Of a stretch of 56,462 bases of DNA, positions 23,989 through 30,329 are shown one piece after another. The DNA is from a virus: IMG/VR virus record IMGVR_UViG_3300021139_000017. One strand, written 5' to 3'. The notes below the pieces were generated by a model, which searched no databases, had not been told where the DNA came from, and worked only from the letters and a program-made list of their open reading frames with translations. Both the position numbers and the translations under genes were made by a program. Every line of letters starts with the position of its first letter. Within the stretch, counting starts at the first letter, position 1.

Positions 23989-26316
23989 ATGAAAACATTG
24001 ATTGCAATTAACAAAAATTCACGCGCGGCGATTAAATTTGCGGCGCTCGGCGTCAAACGGTCTAACCTGCCGATTTTGGGTAACGTCCATCTTTACGCGA
24101 ACGGATCACTTGAAATGGTTGGGACTGATTTAGACGTTTTTACGGTTTCACGCTGCGCGTGCGCTTCCGAAATCGACGGCAAAGTGACATTTCCGGCCGC
24201 AGCTTTGAAAGATGTCGCGGCGATTAAAGCCGATGGCAATATTTCGCTTTCGGCAGATGCTAAAAGCATCGTCACCATTTCGGCCAATGGTAACGAGCGA
24301 AAAATTTACGGCTTGCCCGCTACAGATTTTCCAGCCCTGCCCGAACTTGGGGAAAAGATTTACACCGCTTCATTTCCTGCCGCGAAATTCATTTCGGCTT
24401 TAAAATCTGTTTCGCTGGCGATGTCCACAGACGCAAGCCGATATGTTCTGAATGGCGTTTGTGTTGAGATTAGCGCGGATAACGTGCGCTTGGTTGCCAC
24501 CGATGGCCGCCGGCTGCAATTTGTGGACATTGCACGGGGGGAATCAGATGCGGAAATGATGGCCGCAATCTCTGCCGCGAAAACTGAATTTTCAATTGCC
24601 CAACTGGCGCGGGATGCGGCGCAAACGGTTTTGGCCGAAACAGAAAAGCAATTTCCAGCCAAGCCAATTGAAATTGAACACCGTCGCGGCCGCAAATCTT
24701 CACGGTTTGAAGATTCAGAGCAAACCAAGCTGGCGCGGGAAAACTATGCGCAAGCTTGCCAAAAGCTATCTGAAGCCAGCCAGGCGCTGTCAGCTATTGA
24801 ACATGGGGAATCGTTTATCATCCCCGCCAAAGCCGTCAGCCTGATTCAAAAATTCCCGCTAGATAAAAAGGCGGATCAGACAATCAAAATTGAACTTTGG
24901 CAGGAACTTAAAGGCGTTGCGGCCGGATCGCGCTTCACGCTGGGGGAATTTTCCATCTATTCGCGGCTGGTCGAGGGGAATTTTCCGAACTGCCGCCAAG
25001 TCATTCCGGGGGATTGCAAGGAGCGGATCACTGTGCTGGCCAAAGAGTTTCAAGCCGTTTTGGAAGCCGCTGAAAAAGGAACATCTGAAAAACATAACGC
25101 TGTCGGCTTGTTTTTTGATAAAAATGGTTTGACCGTCAAAGCCAATGCGCCTGAGATTGGGGAAACGGTTGTCAAAATGCCGGGCAATTTCGCGCTGCAA
25201 AATCCGTTTTGCATCTCGTTTAATCCGCGCTATTTAATTGAAGCTTGCCAATCCTTCGCGGTGAATCATGCGGAAATGGTTTTGGAATTTGTGGATGAAC
25301 TTTCACCCGTCAAAATTCTTTCGACCGATGGCGCGCTTCAAGTTGTCATTATGCCAATGCGGATGGCTGGATCATCGCCGGTTACTGTCACGGATGAAGT
25401 TGCGCCAAGCAATGAAGAAAAGGCAAAGGCTGTTTGCGCCGAAATAAAAGGCGAAACTGCCACAGAACAAAAGCCGGTGATTTTGAATTGCGTGGCGAAC
25501 AACCAGCCAGAGCCAGTCGTTGCCGTGCCGGCCGTGCCCATTGCGGAGCCGGTCGCGGTTGCCGCTGTGGAAACACCTTGCCCGATAGAATACGACGCCA
25601 CAATCAACACCGCTAAGTTTATCGGGCATTGCCAAGCCGGCGAACGCTATAATAATTCCATCATCACAGGCAATTTTAACCGCAAAAAAAAGGCAATTGA
25701 ATTTGCGGCCGATAACGGGGGGAAAATCGCCGGATATTTGCACGGCAAATATGTTCGCGGTTGGGTTGTATCCGTGCCGATTGAAAAGCCGGCTGAATCG
25801 GTCGCGGCGAAATTGGAAAACGTCAAACCCTTATCACCAGAATTGCCAGAGCCGGAGACGCCGTTTGAAGTAACTACCCAGCCCGACGTGCGCGTGACGG
25901 TCGCGGGGGGAATTGTCACCCATTACGAGGTTTTAAGTCGTGCGGGGGGAATTTATTCGCGGGGAATCATCCTGATTGGCACCAAGATTGAAGCGTTGCG
26001 CGCGGTATTTGAGGATTTGACGTTTGAAGTTATCCAGGCGGAACCGATGAAGATTGAAACCACCTTTGCCGAATCGCCAGCCGAGGCGGTGGTTATCAAG
26101 CAAGCCGCGCCTTTGGTCATGGCCATTCGCCGCGACGAACGCGGGCAAATCATTAACGGCAATTTTCCCATGCGTGAAGCATCTGGTCCGGTGAAGTTGC
26201 CGCCAATCCCGCCGCGCAAAGGTGGCGCACTGGCAACCATGCTCGAGGCGGGGGAAAAATTGGCCGCTCTGATGATGACTAAACCTGTGCCGGCATTCAT
26301 CGGCGCGGAAATCTGA
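23989..26316 (+). CDS. DNA polymerase III beta sliding-clamp (DnaN) homologue with an internal insertion and a long C-terminal extension (775 aa)
   Basis: ATG at 23989. Clamp hallmarks appear in order: NLPILGNVHL, RLVATDGRRL, EGNFPNCRQVIP, ISFNPRYLIEACQ and VIMPMRM. An ~85-aa helical insert follows RLVATDGRRLQFVDIA. About 310 further residues follow the clamp end. Confidence 0.75.
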   Translation: MKTLIAINKNSRAAIKFAALGVKRSNLPILGNVHLYANGSLEMVGTDLDVFTVSRCACASEIDGKVTFPAAALKDVAAIKADGNISLSADAKSIVTISANGNERKIYGLPATDFPALPELGEKIYTASFPAAKFISALKSVSLAMSTDASRYVLNGVCVEISADNVRLVATDGRRLQFVDIARGESDAEMMAAISAAKTEFSIAQLARDAAQTVLAETEKQFPAKPIEIEHRRGRKSSRFEDSEQTKLARENYAQACQKLSEASQALSAIEHGESFIIPAKAVSLIQKFPLDKKADQTIKIELWQELKGVAAGSRFTLGEFSIYSRLVEGNFPNCRQVIPGDCKERITVLAKEFQAVLEAAEKGTSEKHNAVGLFFDKNGLTVKANAPEIGETVVKMPGNFALQNPFCISFNPRYLIEACQSFAVNHAEMVLEFVDELSPVKILSTDGALQVVIMPMRMAGSSPVTVTDEVAPSNEEKAKAVCAEIKGETATEQKPVILNCVANNQPEPVVAVPAVPIAEPVAVAAVETPCPIEYDATINTAKFIGHCQAGERYNNSIITGNFNRKKKAIEFAADNGGKIAGYLHGKYVRGWVVSVPIEKPAESVAAKLENVKPLSPELPEPETPFEVTTQPDVRVTVAGGIVTHYEVLSRAGGIYSRGIILIGTKIEALRAVFEDLTFEVIQAEPMKIETTFAESPAEAVVIKQAAPLVMAIRRDERGQIINGNFPMREASGPVKLPPIPPRKGGALATMLEAGEKLAALMMTKPVPAFIGAEI

Positions 26317-26345
26317 AACCGACGAAACTTTAACCACTGCTTTTT

Positions 26346-26795
26346 ATGACTACTGAAATTTTCGGAAAACCGATTTTTACTTATAGCCGCGCCCAGGCGA
26401 TTGAAGATGGTTTTTTGGTGGATATTTCCAAGGCTGTCACGCCCTGCCCGTTCAAATACCCGGTGGCAATGACGCGCACAGCCTATGAATCCACCCTTGG
26501 CGCCGGTGGCTTTTGGGATGAAAAACCGGATGGCACGGCGGATTTGATTCTGCCCGGCGGTCAGGATTGCTCGGGCCGCGCTTGGGACGTTTTCCAAATG
26601 CTGCTGGCTACCATGCGTAACCCGCGACTTGATCCGCTGCAAATGCGGAACAGTGACAACACGCGCGTTTATTTCAGCGTGTTGATTGATACGCACGACA
26701 ACGGGCGCAAAACGCGCGTAGAATTGAAAAGCATATGCGGACCGGGCGACGATGCGGCGCCGGTCATCACCATTCTTTTGCGGGGGGAAGATTAA
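26346..26795 (+). CDS. ICE/plasmid-associated hypothetical protein (recalled as DUF6573-like, unverified)
   Basis: N-terminal YSRAQAIEDGFLVDIS and C-terminal GPGDDAAPVITILLRGED match a pattern I associate with conjugative-element proteins. Confidence 0.5.
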   Translation: MTTEIFGKPIFTYSRAQAIEDGFLVDISKAVTPCPFKYPVAMTRTAYESTLGAGGFWDEKPDGTADLILPGGQDCSGRAWDVFQMLLATMRNPRLDPLQMRNSDNTRVYFSVLIDTHDNGRKTRVELKSICGPGDDAAPVITILLRGED

Positions 26796-26817
26796 CCAAT
26801 AAAATGAAAGAAATTCT

Positions 26818-27123
26818 ATGAATAAAACACCACATACTCCCGGACCTTGGAAATCAGAAGATGCAAAAACACCACATGGTCGGCCGGTAATACAAAAGGA
26901 AATCGTCGCTGGCATTCGACACATTGCCGATGTCCGGCTTTACGAGGACGCGGATTTAGCCAATGCGCGATTGATTGCCGCCGCGCCAGAATTGCTTTCC
27001 GCTCTTGAAACAATTGTTCGCAAATCATATCTGCGACCGGGAAAGCATGAGGATTGCCAGATTCACCCCGCATTGATTGCTGACGCCCGTGCCGCCATCG
27101 CCAAAGCGAAAGGAAATCTGTGA
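26818..27123 (+). CDS. conserved phage hypothetical protein (101 aa)
   Basis: TPGPW near the N-terminus and ANARLIAAAPELLSALE form a recurrent small phage-protein motif. Confidence 0.5.
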   Translation: MNKTPHTPGPWKSEDAKTPHGRPVIQKEIVAGIRHIADVRLYEDADLANARLIAAAPELLSALETIVRKSYLRPGKHEDCQIHPALIADARAAIAKAKGNL

Positions 27124-27283
27124 AAACATTAAAAACTTTTCGTTGTCTTTTCATGTTTGGAAATGCTCAATGCGCAGATGAATCAGTTCAATGTGATTCC
27201 AAGACTGCCGCCGAAAAATGGGGACGCCAAACAGCCAAGCAACGAGGATGGCGCTTTTTGGAAGCTCGCCAGGGGGAGGCCGC

Positions 27284-28207
27284 ATGAAATCCATAACCCT
27301 ATTTTATCGCAATCTAGCCGAGAATGCCGACAAGGTTTATCAAGCCGAGATCGTCCCTAGCGCGGGGGGATTTGAAGTCGTTTGCCGATATGGCAAGCGG
27401 GGGGCAAAGCTGTCCTACGTTACCAAGACACGCCAGCCAGTGCCATTGGATGAAGCGCAAAAGATTTTCACTGGGCTTATCCGTGAGAAAACCGCGAAGG
27501 GTTACACCGATGACGCGGGGGGAATCCCTTTTAACGGGGACACGGTGAAACTTGGGGAAATTTTACCCCATCCCCGCAAAACACTTGTGACGTTAGCCGA
27601 GGCGCGCGAGTGGTCAACGTCTCAATTCCTCATTCAGCGCAAGCTGGACGGCAGCTTGGCTCGTCGGGAAGTCGCGGGGGCTGTCTTGCTTGGGGAACTG
27701 GTCACGGCGCGCTCTGGCGCGTTCCTGACGCCGGCTGATAGGGCTTTAATCGCCAAGCATGGCTCGTTTTTTGCCGCCTTTACCGTCGAATCGGTGCATG
27801 GGGAAAAAATGCTCACCAAATCCACGCGGGAACGCTGGGGGATCCTATGCAGTTTCGCTCCATACTTCCCGGCGGATGTCGTCCTGGTTGAATCCGCAAC
27901 CGTGCCGGACATGCTGACGGGGGAAGAAGGCTACGTCGCGCACAAATGGTCGGATGGCTGGGGGGAAATGTTATGCCACAAAGCCGAGGACATTTTCACC
28001 TGCCGCGTGACCGCTACGGGAGGGACGCAAGCCGCGCAAATCTGCGATGCCGCCACCGGCCAGGCACGCGGGGCTTGCAAGTTCGGCGGTGGAGCCATTG
28101 ATCGCGTGCGGATTGGATCGGTCGTGCGGATCGCTGGCATGGGGCTTACCGACGCGGGGAAAATCAGACAGCCAACCTTGTGCCGGGAATGGCTGGTTAA
28201 ATTCTAA
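27284..28207 (+). CDS. WGR domain fused to a minimal ATP-dependent DNA ligase
   Basis: GGGGGAGG Shine-Dalgarno site before the ATG at 27284. The N-terminus (FYRNLAENADKVYQAEIV...VVCRYGKRGAKL...GLIREKTAKGY) is WGR-like. This is followed by ligase motif I (QRKLDGS), motif IV-like EGYVAHK and an OB-like C-terminus. Confidence 0.7.
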   Translation: MKSITLFYRNLAENADKVYQAEIVPSAGGFEVVCRYGKRGAKLSYVTKTRQPVPLDEAQKIFTGLIREKTAKGYTDDAGGIPFNGDTVKLGEILPHPRKTLVTLAEAREWSTSQFLIQRKLDGSLARREVAGAVLLGELVTARSGAFLTPADRALIAKHGSFFAAFTVESVHGEKMLTKSTRERWGILCSFAPYFPADVVLVESATVPDMLTGEEGYVAHKWSDGWGEMLCHKAEDIFTCRVTATGGTQAAQICDAATGQARGACKFGGGAIDRVRIGSVVRIAGMGLTDAGKIRQPTLCREWLVKF

Positions 28208-28211
28208 AATT

Positions 28212-28430
28212 ATGAATCCAAACGATACAAGGGTGCTTTACGCTCTAAAAACGGATTTGGCAGCTTCACTACGCCTGCGTCAGACATCTTTTCGATGCTG
28301 CGGCTTGAATGAACTTGATTCTGCCACGCGCTCGCCGTCGGAATTTTTCTGGCGCGAATATGCGGCAGTCGAGCAGTTCATCGCCGAAAACTTTTGCGGT
28401 TGCGATAAGACGTTTAACCCGCAAATTTGA
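28212..28430 (+). CDS. hypothetical 72-aa protein
   Basis: ATG at 28212, 4 nt after the ligase stop. Cys-containing; no motif recognised. Confidence 0.4.
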   Translation: MNPNDTRVLYALKTDLAASLRLRQTSFRCCGLNELDSATRSPSEFFWREYAAVEQFIAENFCGCDKTFNPQI

Positions 28431-28503
28431 ACCACCTATTGAAACTGACTCGACTAAAACCCGGTAAAATGTCCAGACTCAGCCGCAAGAAAAAATCCAC
28501 TAT

Positions 28504-28728
28504 ATGAAAACTGCCAACCAAGTCCGCGAATATGTCCGTCGCCGGTCCTTGATCGAGCGGGGAAAATATGTAGCCAGCCAAGTCGCGTTTTATCCCGACC
28601 AAGCGCATCCTGATTTGCGGCCAATCCTGGCGCGTGAACGGGAATTGCTGTTAATCGAAATTTTGAACGCTTTCGACACGCCTCATAAAACCAAGTTGAA
28701 AATACCGAAGGGGAAAATCCATGAATGA
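28504..28728 (+). CDS. hypothetical 74-aa protein
   Basis: ATG-started ORF. Overlaps the next ORF by 8 nt. Confidence 0.4.
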   Translation: MKTANQVREYVRRRSLIERGKYVASQVAFYPDQAHPDLRPILARERELLLIEILNAFDTPHKTKLKIPKGKIHE

Positions 28729-29056
28729 CAAGCCTGCCGCGCGTGGGGAACCTTTCCCGCAACATTACGCCCTTAAATGGCCGGAGCCAATCCCGCTTTG
28801 GAAGTGGGCCGCGCGTAACTCCCGCCGCGCCGATGGCAAGCCGCTGGCGATGGTGGATTTTTTCAAGCGGTCGGTGCGCGGGGATGACAGGAAGCCGGGG
28901 GAAACCCATGAATCATTTGTGCGCCGGTCGCTCTTTGAAGCCTTGCGCGAACTGGTGATTAGTCGGCAGCGTGCGGGGGGAACTGTGCCCGAGTGGGTGT
29001 CGGAACATCTTGCCAACGAAATCGCCCAAGGTGAAAATTCAAGGCGTGTGTCGTGA
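28721..29056 (+). CDS. hypothetical 111-aa protein
   Basis: ATG preceded by GAAGGGGAAAA. Last gene of the plus-strand island. Confidence 0.4.
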   Translation: MNDKPAARGEPFPQHYALKWPEPIPLWKWAARNSRRADGKPLAMVDFFKRSVRGDDRKPGETHESFVRRSLFEALRELVISRQRAGGTVPEWVSEHLANEIAQGENSRRVS

Positions 29057-29158
29057 CTGATTCGTGTAAACATGGCAGTCCTGCAACCACGCAACATCAG
29101 TCCTAAAGAGCCACACGCTACCCTTCATTAGACTTGCGGACTCTGGCCAAAACAAAAA

Positions 29159-29188
29159 CCTCTGCCGTGAAACCAAACACGGCAGAGG
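29159..29188. terminator. bidirectional hairpin between convergent operons
   Basis: A perfect 11-bp inverted repeat, CCTCTGCCGTG (29159-29169) / CACGGCAGAGG (29178-29188), with an 8-nt loop. It lies between the plus-strand island end (29056) and the head-operon end (29219). Confidence 0.65.
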
Positions 29189-29218
29189 CCAATGAAACCG
29201 CCCAACTCCAAACCAAAT

Positions 29219-29611
29219 TTAAGAAGCGCCTTTTTTGGCATTCACAGCCGCCGCGATCATGGCCGGCAATGCTGCCAAGACTTCGGAAATGCTTGGTTCT
29301 TCGGCCGCTTTTGCCGCTTTCGCATCCGATTCGGCAAGCTTGTTGTCGGCTTCGACTTCCGCATTGATCCGCTTTACCGTGGCTTCGCTCGCTTCGGCGA
29401 TCTTGCCAGAGACAACCAAGTGAGCCACAAGCTCCTTTTCGGACGGTGAAAGCTGGGCGTATTCTGTCGCGCTGCCAATGTTGAACACGGCGCCTTTGTG
29501 GATATGTGCCTTGCATTCCTTGCCGCCAACCAAGAGATGCTTTTGGCCGTCACCCAGGACGATCGGATTGCCTTGGGGATTCGGAAAATCAGTGGTGCAG
29601 ATATATTTCAT
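29219..29611 (-). CDS. head-module hypothetical protein (130 aa)
   Basis: Last gene of the leftward operon. The C-terminal half is Ala/Glu/Lys-rich and helical. Confidence 0.45.
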   Translation of the reverse strand: MKYICTTDFPNPQGNPIVLGDGQKHLLVGGKECKAHIHKGAVFNIGSATEYAQLSPSEKELVAHLVVSGKIAEASEATVKRINAEVEADNKLAESDAKAAKAAEEPSISEVLAALPAMIAAAVNAKKGAS

Positions 29612-29648
29612 GGATTTTTCAGTTATTGGTTGATTTTTAGGCTGACGA

Positions 29649-30296
29649 TTAATATTGCGGCGTTGAAAATCCAGTCTGACCAGTCAGGACTGCGCCAACC
29701 GTGAGGTTAGTAGCCGCGCCGCTCGGCAGCACAATCAAGCGCAAGTAGCGAGGGACATCGTTGACGTTGAACCCAAGCGTGACTAGACCATTGTTTGGAC
29801 CCGGAATGGATACGCCGGTTGCCGTGATGTTGTTGGTCGGCAAAGCTTTTGCCAGATAGGGCGTTGCATAGCCGCCCAAAGCCACGTTCGGATAAGTCAC
29901 CGTGCCAGGAACATAAAAGATATTCGTGGCAATCAGGTTGGTGCTGCCGTAAATCAGATTCGTGTAATTGAGCGTGAGAGACGATGCCAGCGCCGCCGTT
30001 GTAATGGCGGTAATGTTGGTCTGATCGGCGGAACCTTGGATGATAAAGGTCGCTGCCGAGTTGCCGACATTGGTTACGGCCATCACATCGATTTTGACCG
30101 TGCCATAAAACACACGCATATCGACCCAGTTGTTGGTGCCGCTGGTGTAAGCCGAACCACCGCTATACAGGGTCGGGGTGGCAAGTTGCAGCGTGCGGAC
30201 CGCTTGGAATGTATCGAAGCCGATTTGCGCGCTGGCATTCGTGGCCAGCAAAGAGCCAATCGCCGCCAGTCCGAGGATGATTTTATTAAATTTCAT
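29649..30296 (-). CDS. signal-peptide-bearing N/T/G-rich protein (215 aa) in the decoration-protein slot
   Basis: The first ATG (30296) gives MKFNKIILGLAAIGSLLATNASAQ. The track start at 30329 is TTG. Lies immediately downstream of the capsid gene. Confidence 0.55.
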   Translation of the reverse strand: MKFNKIILGLAAIGSLLATNASAQIGFDTFQAVRTLQLATPTLYSGGSAYTSGTNNWVDMRVFYGTVKIDVMAVTNVGNSAATFIIQGSADQTNITAITTAALASSLTLNYTNLIYGSTNLIATNIFYVPGTVTYPNVALGGYATPYLAKALPTNNITATGVSIPGPNNGLVTLGFNVNDVPRYLRLIVLPSGAATNLTVGAVLTGQTGFSTPQY

Positions 30297-30329
30297 GTTC
30301 TTTTTGGTTAAAATTTCAGTATCCGTCAA

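Noticed and set aside
25953-26924. 323-aa minus-strand ORF across the clamp C-terminus and two downstream genes
   Set aside because: It spans three well-supported plus-strand genes and their intergenic gaps. Composition is low-complexity Arg/Ser/Gly, with no motif.
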